A stretch of DNA of 64,000 bases, from contig CAVZJB010000003.1 of assembly GCA_963775425.1 (NCBI GenBank), forward strand, positions 256,001 through 320,000. The letters are read 5' to 3'. Below the pieces are notes generated by a model. That model saw only the letters and a program-made list of their open reading frames with translations, had not been told where the DNA came from and searched no databases. The position numbers and the translations under genes were made by a program. This stretch comes from an uncultured delta proteobacterium (lineage in GTDB: Bacteria > Myxococcota > UBA727 > VGSZ01). Shown here piece after piece: positions 28,037-38,399 of the stretch; positions within the stretch are counted from its first letter, which is position 1, and every line of letters begins with the position of its first letter.

Positions 28037-29908
28037 ATGCCGACCACCGTGCAGCAGAACGCCACGAAGCTCACCACCTGGCTGAAGAACCAGAACGTCT
28101 CCGCGGGCAGCGCCAAGAAGGCCGACATCTCCCGGGCGAGCGCGCAGCTCCGCATCCCCGCCGCGCAGCTCCATGACGCGCGCCGCTTCCTCCTCGAGCA
28201 AGCGACCGCCGACAACGAGCGCGGCGCGGGCGCCGCGCAGCTCACGGGCCGTGGCGGCTTCGGCGCGTCCAGCGGCCAGCTCGACTCCGCGCGCGGCGCC
28301 ACGATGGCGGTGCGCGGCAACGGCGGCGATCCGAAGCTCGCGGCGTTCAATTCGTCGACGTACACCATCCTCGACGCCAAGCACGTGCAGGAGCAGATGA
28401 GGCTGCCGTCGCTGGGCGCGGCCAAGACGGTCATCGGCGAGAAGATCCTGAACGGCGCCGAGCGCGACCTCCACGACATCGGCGTGCACCCGGACAACTA
28501 CGACAGCTACGAGTGCGTGGACGCCTTCTCGCGCTCCAGCTACTCCGTCGCCGACGCCAAAGAGGCGCTGAAGCAGTTCAACTTCCTGACGTCGCTCGAC
28601 GACGCCAAGGAGTACATCGGCCTCAAGATCATCAACGGGCCCGAGGCGGAGCAGAGCATCCTCGGCACCGCCGGAATCACCCGCAACAACTTCGACAAGC
28701 AGGACTGCCTCGCGGCGTTCGCGCAGAGCGGCTACTCTGCCGCCGACGTCCGCGAAGCCAAGAAGCAGTTCGATTTCCTGCGCGGCTCGTCGACGGAAGA
28801 GGTCAAGGAGTACCTCGGCCTCAAGATCGTCAACGGCTACGAGCAGATGCTCGCCGACGCCGGCATCACGCAGCAGCCGTGGGACAAGCAGGACCTCCAG
28901 GCGGCCTTCTCCCATTCGAGCTACACCAAGGCCGACGTCGACGCTGCGCGCGACTCGTTCTCGTTCCTGCGCGGCAAGTCCGACGACGAGGTCAAGCAGT
29001 ACATCGGTCTCAAGATCGTCAACGGCTACGAGCAGATGCTCGCCGACAAGGGCATCACGCAGAACGACTTCGACAGCCACGACTGCCTGAAAGCGTTCAA
29101 CCAGAGCGGCTACGACAACTTGGACGTGGCGGCGGCGCGCGACAAGTTCGGCTTCCTGCGCGGCAAGTCCGACGTCGAGGTCAAGGAGTACATCGGTCTC
29201 AAGATCGTCAACGACTACGAGGGGATGCTGCGCGACGTGGGGATCGTGCCCGGCGACTCGCGCGGCGCCTCGCCGTCGTCGAGCGAGCACATCGTGTCGC
29301 AGCAGGAGATGAACCGGCACGCGTGGGCCGCGCTCGACAAGTCGTCCGAGCGGCTGAACGGCGCGTCCAAGACGCTGCGCGCGAGCCTGGACGCACCGAC
29401 CAAGAAAGATCTCGACAAGGCGCTCAAGGCCTTCGACGCGTACAAGCAGGCGGAGGGCACGTTCGCCGGCAACCTCGAAGCGCGCGGCGGCTCGCTGGCC
29501 CCGCTCGTCGAGGCGGGCGCCGAGAAGCGGCTCACCGACCAGCTCGCGCGCGAGGTCGGCCGCGCCGGCCACGCCGGGTACTTCAACTACGCCGGCACCA
29601 GCACCGTCGACGACGCGCCCCAGCAGGAGATGAACCGCGCGGCGTACGCGGCGTTCGAGGGCGCCGACGCCGAGATGAAGGGCCTCGTCGCGGCGCTCGA
29701 CAAGAAGCTCGCCTCGGCCGACCCCGAGAGCGTGAAGGAGCTGCACGCGGCGCAGGAGGCCTTCGAGACCTTCCGCGACGCGCAGGCGACGCTCGCCGGG
29801 AACATCGAGGCGCGCGGCGGGTCGCTCTTCGGCCTCATCCACGGCGCCGCGCTCGAGGCGCTCACGCGGCAGCGCATCGGGCTCCTCGAACAGACCCTTG
29901 CCGCGTAG
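28037..29908 (+). CDS. Protein with about 4.3 internal ~63-aa repeats and two C-terminal LprI/DUF1311-like domains
   Basis: Repeat KEYIGLKIVNGYEQMLAD.GIT...FLRGKS; twice QQEMNR.A...AF....AE/AQ...EARGGSL. Confidence 0.8.
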   Translation: MPTTVQQNATKLTTWLKNQNVSAGSAKKADISRASAQLRIPAAQLHDARRFLLEQATADNERGAGAAQLTGRGGFGASSGQLDSARGATMAVRGNGGDPKLAAFNSSTYTILDAKHVQEQMRLPSLGAAKTVIGEKILNGAERDLHDIGVHPDNYDSYECVDAFSRSSYSVADAKEALKQFNFLTSLDDAKEYIGLKIINGPEAEQSILGTAGITRNNFDKQDCLAAFAQSGYSAADVREAKKQFDFLRGSSTEEVKEYLGLKIVNGYEQMLADAGITQQPWDKQDLQAAFSHSSYTKADVDAARDSFSFLRGKSDDEVKQYIGLKIVNGYEQMLADKGITQNDFDSHDCLKAFNQSGYDNLDVAAARDKFGFLRGKSDVEVKEYIGLKIVNDYEGMLRDVGIVPGDSRGASPSSSEHIVSQQEMNRHAWAALDKSSERLNGASKTLRASLDAPTKKDLDKALKAFDAYKQAEGTFAGNLEARGGSLAPLVEAGAEKRLTDQLAREVGRAGHAGYFNYAGTSTVDDAPQQEMNRAAYAAFEGADAEMKGLVAALDKKLASADPESVKELHAAQEAFETFRDAQATLAGNIEARGGSLFGLIHGAALEALTRQRIGLLEQTLAA

Positions 29909-30908
29909 CGCCCGTCCCGCGGCGGGCCGGGTCGGCATCGAGCTCGAGCTGTTGGCGCCGCCCGGACAAACGCGCTTCCACATCGCCGGCGCGCTCGCGC
30001 GCGCGACGGGTGGGCGCGTCCTGTATGGGCTCAAGCACGTCGTCGAGCGCGTGACGCCCGACGGCCGCCCGGTCTGCTCGCTCTCCCTCGCGGCGCGCGT
30101 CCTCGACGCCGACGGCGCCGCGCGCTTCGACCTCGTCGACGACGTCACGCTGCGGGAGCACGCGGCCGAACCGGGGGAGGGCCCGGCCCGCGGCGCGCCG
30201 CTCGAGCGCGTGGTGATGGACGACGTACGGCTGTCCAAGTGGCTCGAGCGGCGCTCCTTCGTCGCCGCGCGCCCCGACGTTCGCGAGGCGCTGAAGCCGC
30301 TCCTCGAGGTGTTCGGCGCGACGCACGACGAGGGGCGGGGGACGGTGCTCGACCCGTGGGGCCAGGTGCTCGCCGTCGTCGACAACGAGCCCACGGCGCA
30401 CGCGCGTGTCTGCGAGATCGTCACCCGCCCGCTGCCCGCGCGCGGGCCCGAGCGGGACGAGGCCGTGCGCGCCGCCCTGGCCGCCGCCGCCGGCTGCGCC
30501 GTCCCCGCCGCCGCCGCCCTGCACGTCCACGTCGACGCGGGCCCGTGGCGCAGCACGCCCGCCCTGCGCGCGCTCGTGCTGGCGTGGGCGGACCGCCGCG
30601 ACGAGCTGCTTGCGCGCCTGCGCCCGAACCCGCGCTGCAAGAAGCTCGGGCCGTTCCCCGCCGACGTCGTGCGCGTCGCGCGCGAGTGCCCGTCCGACCT
30701 GCCGTTTTCGACGCTGGCGGCGGCGCTCAAGCTGGCGGGCGCCAACAAGGAGCTCGACGTCAACCTCCTCGGCGTCATCGAGCCCTGGCCGGTGCAGCCC
30801 ACCCTCGAGGTGCGCTGCCTGCCCATGTCCACGGATCCCGCCGCCGTCCTCGCGTCCGTCGACGCCGCCCTCGCCGTGCTCGACGACATCGGCGGCGAGG
30901 GCGCGTGA
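29898..30908 (+). CDS. Putative amidoligase (glutamine synthetase/guanido kinase-like fold); start uncertain
   Basis: GIELE, CEIVTRP, ALHVHVD, TLEVR motifs. Confidence 0.7.
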   Translation: MPRSARPAAGRVGIELELLAPPGQTRFHIAGALARATGGRVLYGLKHVVERVTPDGRPVCSLSLAARVLDADGAARFDLVDDVTLREHAAEPGEGPARGAPLERVVMDDVRLSKWLERRSFVAARPDVREALKPLLEVFGATHDEGRGTVLDPWGQVLAVVDNEPTAHARVCEIVTRPLPARGPERDEAVRAALAAAAGCAVPAAAALHVHVDAGPWRSTPALRALVLAWADRRDELLARLRPNPRCKKLGPFPADVVRVARECPSDLPFSTLAAALKLAGANKELDVNLLGVIEPWPVQPTLEVRCLPMSTDPAAVLASVDAALAVLDDIGGEGA

Positions 30909-31012
30909 CGCGGCCCCGCGCCCGTCGGGGCCGCCGGCGCCTCGACGACGTGCGCGCCACGTGGTAGCGCCGCCGCAGCGTCCGGCCCGGGGCCGGCGGC
31001 GAGGAGGACGGC

Positions 31013-33397
31013 ATGGCTCGGTTCAAGAAGGCGTGTGTCATCGGCGCGGGCATCATGGGGCAGGGCATCGCGGCCCACCTCGCAAACGCGCGCATCCCCG
31101 TGCTCCTGCTCGACATCGTGCCGCCCAAGCCGGGCCCCGGCGACGACGTCAAGTCGCGCGAGTTTCGCGACCGCTTCGCCCGCGGCGGCCTCGAGAAGGC
31201 AGTCAAGGCCAAGCCCGCGCTGTTCTTCACCAAGCGGGACGCGTCGCTCGTCTCCGTCGGCAACATCGACGACGACCTCGGCAAGGTCGCCGACTGCGAC
31301 CTCGTCGTCGAGGTGGTCCTCGAGCGGATGGACGTGAAGCAGCAGCTCTTCGAGAAGCTCGACGCCGTCGTGCGCCCGGGCACCATCGTCACGTCGAACA
31401 CGTCGGGGCTGTCCATCGAGGGGATGCTCGAGGGGCGCTCGGCGGCCTTCCGCAAGAACTTCGCGGTCACGCACTTCTTCAACCCCGTGCGCTACATGCC
31501 GCTCCTCGAGATCGTGGCGGGCAAGGACACGGACCCCGCCGTCGTCGAGACCCTCGCCGCGTTCGGTGCCGGAACGCTCGGCAAGGGCATCGTCTACGGC
31601 AAGGACACGCCCAACTTCGTCGCCAACCGCATCGGCGTGTTCGGCATCATGGAGACCATCCGCGTCATGCTCGAGGGCAAGTACACCCTCGAGGAGGTGG
31701 ACGCCGTCTTCGGCCCCGCCACCGGTCGCGCCAAGAGCGCCGTGTTCGGCACCGCCGACGTCGTCGGCCTCGACACCTTCGTGCACGTCGCCCAGAACTG
31801 CTGGGACAACCTCAAGAAGGACGAGCGCCACGCCGTGTTCGAGACGCCGGCGTTCATCAAGGACATGGTCTCCCGCGGGTGGTTGGGGCGAAAGACCAAG
31901 GGCGGCTTCTACAAGAAGGTCGGCGACGACATCCTCACGCTCGACTACGATAAGATGGAGTACCGCCCCAAGCAGAAGGTGCGCTACGAGTCCCTCGGCG
32001 CCGTGCGCAACCTCGAGAGCACGCCCGAGAAGCTCCGCACCATGCTCGAGCACGACGACCGCGCGGCCGAGCTGTTCTGGAAGGTCACCGCCGCCACCGT
32101 CTGCTACGCCGGCAACCGCCTCGGCGAGATCGCCGACGACATCGTCAACATCGACAACGCCATGAAGTGGGGCTTCATGCACGAGGTCGGGCCCTTCGAG
32201 ACCTGGGACGCCATGGGCGTGCGCAAGACGGTGGAGAAGATGCGCGCCGGGGGCTTCCAGATCCCCAAGTGGGTCGAGGACATGCTCGCCCAGGGGCGCG
32301 AGAGCTTCTACTCGGTGGACGCCCACGGCGTGCGCTCGTTTTGGGATCCGCGCGTCAACAAGCCCGTCGTCATCGACGAGGGGCCCCGCGTCATGTCGTT
32401 CGCGCTGCTCAAGGCCGACAAGGAGCGCATCGTCAATGACGCCTTCGGCACCACGCTCGTGGACCTCGGCGACGGCATCCTCGCGTGCGAGTTCCACACC
32501 AAGCTGAACGCCGTCGACGACGAGATCGTCAACGGGCTCAACGCGGCCATGGACCTGTGCGAGTCCGGCAAGTACCAGGCGCTCGTCCTCGCCAACGACG
32601 GCCGCAACTTCTCCGCGGGCGCCAACATCCTCCTGCTCGCCCTCGCCGCGCGCGAGAAGCAGTTCGACCAGATCGAGCAGATGGTGAAGGCGTTCCAGGA
32701 CGTCTGCGTGCGGCTCAAGTACTCGTCCATCCCGACGGTGGCGGCGCCCTTCGACCTCACCCTCGGCGGCGGCGCCGAGATGGCCATGTGGTGCAACCGC
32801 ATCCGCGCGCACGCCGAGCTCTACATGGGCCTCGTCGAGGTGGGCGTCGGCCTCTTGCCCGGCGGCGGCGGCAACATCGAGATGCTCGCCCGTACGCTCG
32901 AGGGCGCCGTCGACGACCCCACCTTCCCCACCGAGCAGATGATCCGCCGCGCGCTCGAGACTGTGGCGATGGCCAAGGTGGCGACGTCGGCGGAGGAGGC
33001 GCGGGAGCTCATGTTCCTCGCGCCGGCCGACGGCGTCTCGCTCAACCGGCGCCACGTGCTGGCGGCGGCCAAGGCGGAGGCGCGCGGCATGGCCGAGGCC
33101 GGCTTCACGCCGCCCCGGCGGCGCACGTTCCGGCTGCCGGGCAAGGGCGCGTGGGCGACGTTCGAGATGGCCCTCGGCTCCATGCGCGACGGCCACTTCA
33201 TCTCGGAGCACGACCTCAAGATCGCCCTGAAGGTCGCGCGCGTGATGACCGGCGGCGACACGTCACCCCGGGTCCGGGTCACGGAGCAGCACCTGCTCGA
33301 CCTCGAGCGCGAGGCGTTCCTGTCGCTGTGCGGCGAGGAGAAGACCCAGGCCCGCATCGCGCACATGCTCGAGACCAACAAGCCGCTGCGCAACTGA
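31013..33397 (+). CDS. fadN: 3-hydroxyacyl-CoA dehydrogenase/enoyl-CoA hydratase (FadN type)
   Basis: GAGIMGQGIA, SNTSGL, HFFNPVRY; C-terminal crotonase GGGAE...GLVEVGVGLLP. Confidence 0.93.
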   Translation: MARFKKACVIGAGIMGQGIAAHLANARIPVLLLDIVPPKPGPGDDVKSREFRDRFARGGLEKAVKAKPALFFTKRDASLVSVGNIDDDLGKVADCDLVVEVVLERMDVKQQLFEKLDAVVRPGTIVTSNTSGLSIEGMLEGRSAAFRKNFAVTHFFNPVRYMPLLEIVAGKDTDPAVVETLAAFGAGTLGKGIVYGKDTPNFVANRIGVFGIMETIRVMLEGKYTLEEVDAVFGPATGRAKSAVFGTADVVGLDTFVHVAQNCWDNLKKDERHAVFETPAFIKDMVSRGWLGRKTKGGFYKKVGDDILTLDYDKMEYRPKQKVRYESLGAVRNLESTPEKLRTMLEHDDRAAELFWKVTAATVCYAGNRLGEIADDIVNIDNAMKWGFMHEVGPFETWDAMGVRKTVEKMRAGGFQIPKWVEDMLAQGRESFYSVDAHGVRSFWDPRVNKPVVIDEGPRVMSFALLKADKERIVNDAFGTTLVDLGDGILACEFHTKLNAVDDEIVNGLNAAMDLCESGKYQALVLANDGRNFSAGANILLLALAAREKQFDQIEQMVKAFQDVCVRLKYSSIPTVAAPFDLTLGGGAEMAMWCNRIRAHAELYMGLVEVGVGLLPGGGGNIEMLARTLEGAVDDPTFPTEQMIRRALETVAMAKVATSAEEARELMFLAPADGVSLNRRHVLAAAKAEARGMAEAGFTPPRRRTFRLPGKGAWATFEMALGSMRDGHFISEHDLKIALKVARVMTGGDTSPRVRVTEQHLLDLEREAFLSLCGEEKTQARIAHMLETNKPLRN

Positions 33398-33488
33398 GCC
33401 CGGGCGCCGTCGGGATCGAGGATGTGGGGGCATGTGTTGCCGGCGCGCACGCCGGCGGCGCGCCCGACGCAGCGGTTTCGACGCCCGG

Positions 33489-33522
33489 CGCGCGGGATTG
33501 ACACGAAAGTCAATCCCGCGCG
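33489..33522. promoter_or_regulatory. Perfect 14-bp inverted repeat overlapping TTGACA (operator or RNA hairpin)
   Basis: cgcgcgggattgac-acgaaa-gtcaatcccgcgcg between fadN and the thiolase. Confidence 0.45.
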
Positions 33523-33588
33523 GCGGCGACGCCTTCGACGTCGACGGCACGCCTTGTCCGCGAGCGCGACGGCTGCTACCTCGACGGC

Positions 33589-34745
<1,157 letters not shown>

Positions 34746-34749
<4 letters not shown>

Positions 34750-35450
34750 TCGCCGCGCGCGCCGTCGAGGCCGGGCGCCGGCGGCCAGGGAGCACCGGCA
34801 CCCGCGCTGCGGCGCCGTGCATCGCCGCGGCGGCGCTCTGCGTGGCGGCGACCCTGGCGGCGTGCGGCGACGAGGGCCCCTTCGCCGTCGAGGTCGTCGA
34901 CTTCTCGCCCGGTGACGGGGCGGGCTTCGGTCAGGACCGGATGCCCGGCGTGGTGCTCGGTCCGCCCCACGGCGCAGGGGAGACGCAGGGCTCCACCGAC
35001 GTCGTGAGCCTCGGCACCGGCGGCTCCATCACCCTGCGCATGGGGCGCGAGATCGACGACGGCGACGGCGCCGACCTCATCGTGTTCGAAAACGCGTTCA
35101 AGGCGGCGACGGGCGCGCTGTTCGCGGAGCCCGGCGAGGTCGCGGTGAGCGACGACGGCGCGCGCTTCGTCGCCTTCGCCTGCGCGCCCGGCGACCCCGC
35201 GCCCAACGGCTGCGCCGGGTTGGCGCCGGTCCTCGCCGACGGCACGGACGGCACCGACGGCACCGACGGCGTCGGCGTCGACGCGACCAACCCGGCCGTC
35301 GCCGGCGGCGACGCGTTCGACCTCGCCGACATCGGCGTCGCCCGCGCGCGCTTCGTGCGCATCAGCGATCGCGGGTCGGGCGGCGCGCCGCCGTCGGCGG
35401 GCTTCGACCTCGACGCGGTCGCGGTCGCGACGCACGAAGCGCCGCCGTAG
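34746..35450 (+). CDS. Cell-surface lipoprotein (start uncertain)
   Basis: LAAC lipobox; [37 protein letters not shown]. Confidence 0.75.
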
Positions 35451-35479
35451 GGCGGGTGGCCCGAGGGGTCGCAGGCAGG

Positions 35480-36319
35480 CTACGGCAGCGTCTTCGGGGC
35501 AGGGCGGAAGGTGGCCGCCATGGACGGGTTTGGTCCGTCCCCCTCGAGCGTGAGCTCGACGGTGGCCGTGTCCCCTTCGAGGCGCGTGAGGCGCGAAGAC
35601 ATGCGCCAGCTCTTGTCGCCGAGGGTGAACACCACGGAGTGTCCGGTGGCGCTCCACTTGCCGCGGAAGTGGCTGGGCTTTCCCTCGAGGAGCGGATCAA
35701 AGCGATAGGTGAAGGTGCCGTCGACGTTGAAGGTGAGCGTGCGCTGCGGCGCGCTCGGGTCGTCGAGCCAGCGGTGCAGGAGGCGCTTCTCGGGCGTGTT
35801 GAGCGCGCGCAGGCCGGCGGCGACCGAGGCGCCGGTCATCGTGGAGTTGTTGTGCTTGAGCACGAGCTCGCTGATGCACAGCGGCGCGTCGGGCGTGGCG
35901 CCGTCGTAGCTGTTGGGGAAGTCGACGACGATGCGGGTGCCGTGCGCCGGCGGCGACAGCTCCAGCGTCTGCATCTCCGCCTTGTCCTTGAACCGCGCCT
36001 CCACGCGGTGCTTGAGGTCGCCGAGGATGACGACGCGCGCGCGCTTGGTCGAGGTGTCGAGCGCCGTTCCCTTGAGCCGGCCGACGATGAGCCCGATGTG
36101 CGTGATGGTGACCGGTTGGTCGAACCCGAAGCTCAGGAACGGGCTGCGGTCCGACTTCTTCGCGCACCACGCCGTCGTGTCCTTGCCGTCTGCGGCGTTG
36201 TAGGCGTTGGTGGCGGGTTTGCCGTCGTCGAGCTCCGACGAGGCCTCGATGAAGCCGACATCTTCGGCCCACGCGGGAGCCGACGTTGCCACGGCGAGCG
36301 CGACGGCGAGCCACCTCAT
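35480..36319 (-). CDS. Secreted protein with a discoidin/carbohydrate-binding-like domain
   Basis: Signal peptide [18 protein letters not shown]; ASS...[12 protein letters not shown]...CISEL. Confidence 0.7.
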   Translation of the reverse strand: MRWLAVALAVATSAPAWAEDVGFIEASSELDDGKPATNAYNAADGKDTTAWCAKKSDRSPFLSFGFDQPVTITHIGLIVGRLKGTALDTSTKRARVVILGDLKHRVEARFKDKAEMQTLELSPPAHGTRIVVDFPNSYDGATPDAPLCISELVLKHNNSTMTGASVAAGLRALNTPEKRLLHRWLDDPSAPQRTLTFNVDGTFTYRFDPLLEGKPSHFRGKWSATGHSVVFTLGDKSWRMSSRLTRLEGDTATVELTLEGDGPNPSMAATFRPAPKTLP

Positions 36320-36425
36320 GACTCTCTGTGTACGCCGTCGAGCCGGAAAGGGCCAGAGAGCTGCCCGAAGCTCGGTTGACGACGCGGCGTCGTCGGGGCA
36401 CGTGTGTCCCCTCGGAGGGATTCCC

Positions 36426-38015
36426 ATGCGCGTTCTGACGGTCGTCACCGCCCTGTTCTTCATCGCCGCGTGCGACACCGGCCCCAAGCCGGGCGAGGAA
36501 GCGGTGTACTGGACCAAGAAGCTCAACACCGAGTCCGAGCTGACCAAGCGGGACGCCGCGCTCAACCACCTCGTCGAGCTCAAGGACAAAAAGGCGCTGC
36601 CGGGTCTGTACGACGCGCTCAAGCAGAAGGGGCCGGCGGCGACGCTGCGGCCCAAGGTCGCCGAGCTCATCGGCGTCATCGGGGACGACACCTCCGTCCA
36701 GCCGCTCCTCGACGGCATCGATTGGGCCGCCGGCGCCGGCGGCCGCGACAAGGAGTCTCGCGCCGCCGCCAACACCAACGAGAAGATCGCCAAGGCGCTC
36801 GGCAAGCTCGGCAAGGGCACAGACGACAAGGTGGTCGAAGCGCTCAAGCGCCTGGCGGACAGCAACAGCCAGGACGTGCAGCTCGCCGCCGTCGTCGCGC
36901 TCGGCGACATCCACGCCACCGGCGCGGTCGACAAGCTCATCGAGATCGCCGACGGCCACCCCAACAACTTCATGGTGAAGAACGCCGTGGAGGCGCTCGG
37001 CAAGATCGCCGATCCCAAGGCCGCCACCGTGCTCGGCAAGCTGCTGTTCTTCGAGCGCAACGGCGTGAGCTTCTACCGTGAGGCGAGCTACGCCATGTTC
37101 CTCATCGGCAAGCCCGCGCTGCCCGTCCTCGACTCCATCTACAACAACAAGTTCAAGGAGATCGACGAGCTGCACATCGAGCCCAACGTGCAAAAGACCA
37201 AGGCCATCGTGGTCTACGGCGACCTCGCCGACCCGTCCACGTTCAAGAAGATCGTCGCCGACGTCGACGAGAGGGGCAATGACACCGCCACCGGCCTCTT
37301 GCGCATCGAGGCGTCGCGCGCCGCGGGCCGCATCGGGCTCAAGGACGCGGTGCCCGGCTTGAAGAACCGCTACGACAACGTCGACATCTCGCAGTCGGAG
37401 CACGCGCTCGCCGCGCTCGTGCAGATCGGCGTCAAGAGCATGGCCGACGACATCTACGACATCGCCACGTTCGACGGCTACGTCAAGAACTGCAAGAAGC
37501 AAGGGAACCCGGAGGACCAGTGCAAGTTCTCCGCGGTGCAGATCCGCAAGCCGCGCGTCCTCGCCTACTCGCGGCTGTCGTCGGACAAGCCCAAGATGGA
37601 CGCCCTCGTCAACGACGAGAAGAACGCCGACTTCAAGAAGTGGATCGGTGAGCAGGCCGAGCGCGTGAACGCCGCGGCCGAGTGCAAGGAAGACCTCAAG
37701 TGCTGGCAGGGCAAGCTGAAGGACAAGAGCGCGCGCGTGCGCGAGCGCGCGGCCTACGAGCTCGCGTGGATGGCCTCGGGCTCCGGCGCGCAGGCCGACA
37801 CCGCCCGCGACGCCCTGTACGCCGCCCTCAAGGACGACGACAACGAGGTGCGCTACGCCGCCATCATCGGCGTCGGCCGCAACCTGCCCAAGAACGGCGC
37901 CGCGGTCGCGGATCAGATCCAGAAGCAGCTCGACGAAGAGAAGGGCAAGACCCAGTTCATTCGCGTGAACGAGGACCTCAAGCGCCTCGAGGTCCGCGTC
38001 CGCCGCGGTGCCTGA
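36426..38015 (+). CDS. HEAT-repeat lipoprotein
   Basis: IAAC lipobox; repeated AxxALGKI and VRxAA HEAT units. Confidence 0.85.
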   Translation: MRVLTVVTALFFIAACDTGPKPGEEAVYWTKKLNTESELTKRDAALNHLVELKDKKALPGLYDALKQKGPAATLRPKVAELIGVIGDDTSVQPLLDGIDWAAGAGGRDKESRAAANTNEKIAKALGKLGKGTDDKVVEALKRLADSNSQDVQLAAVVALGDIHATGAVDKLIEIADGHPNNFMVKNAVEALGKIADPKAATVLGKLLFFERNGVSFYREASYAMFLIGKPALPVLDSIYNNKFKEIDELHIEPNVQKTKAIVVYGDLADPSTFKKIVADVDERGNDTATGLLRIEASRAAGRIGLKDAVPGLKNRYDNVDISQSEHALAALVQIGVKSMADDIYDIATFDGYVKNCKKQGNPEDQCKFSAVQIRKPRVLAYSRLSSDKPKMDALVNDEKNADFKKWIGEQAERVNAAAECKEDLKCWQGKLKDKSARVRERAAYELAWMASGSGAQADTARDALYAALKDDDNEVRYAAIIGVGRNLPKNGAAVADQIQKQLDEEKGKTQFIRVNEDLKRLEVRVRRGA

Positions 38016-38390
38016 GTGGCGGAGCCCGTTCGCTTTCTCTTCGTCGACGACGAGCAACCCATCCTGAGCGTCCTGGCGCGCGCGCTCAAGAACGAGGGTT
38101 TCGAGCTTCACTTCACCGCGGACGCCCGGCTCGCGCTCGACATCGTGCGCGAGCGGGACATCGAAGCCGTCGTCTGCGATCACCTGATGCCGGGGATGAA
38201 GGGCACCGACCTCCTCGCGTTGGTGCGGGACACCCACGTGCACGTGGTGCGCGTCCTGGTGTCGGGCTCGCCGGAGCGGCCGGTGGTGGACGCGCGCACC
38301 ATCGACAAGCCGTGGCACCTGACGCAGCTCAAGGCGCTCCTGCACGAGGTGGAGGCCGAGGTGCTCGCGCGCCGGGCGGACCGACGATAA
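38016..38390 (+). CDS. Single-domain response regulator
   Basis: FVDDE, CDHLMPGMKG, VSG, KPW. Confidence 0.9.
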   Translation: MAEPVRFLFVDDEQPILSVLARALKNEGFELHFTADARLALDIVRERDIEAVVCDHLMPGMKGTDLLALVRDTHVHVVRVLVSGSPERPVVDARTIDKPWHLTQLKALLHEVEAEVLARRADRR

Positions 38391-38399
38391 AACGCCTGG

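Noticed and set aside
27143-33211. Very long antisense ORFs (for example 2022 aa here, 1591 aa at 35697-40472, 1398 aa at 23115-27311)
   Set aside because: Shadow frames of high-GC coding genes; no recognisable motifs and fully overlapping well-supported genes.
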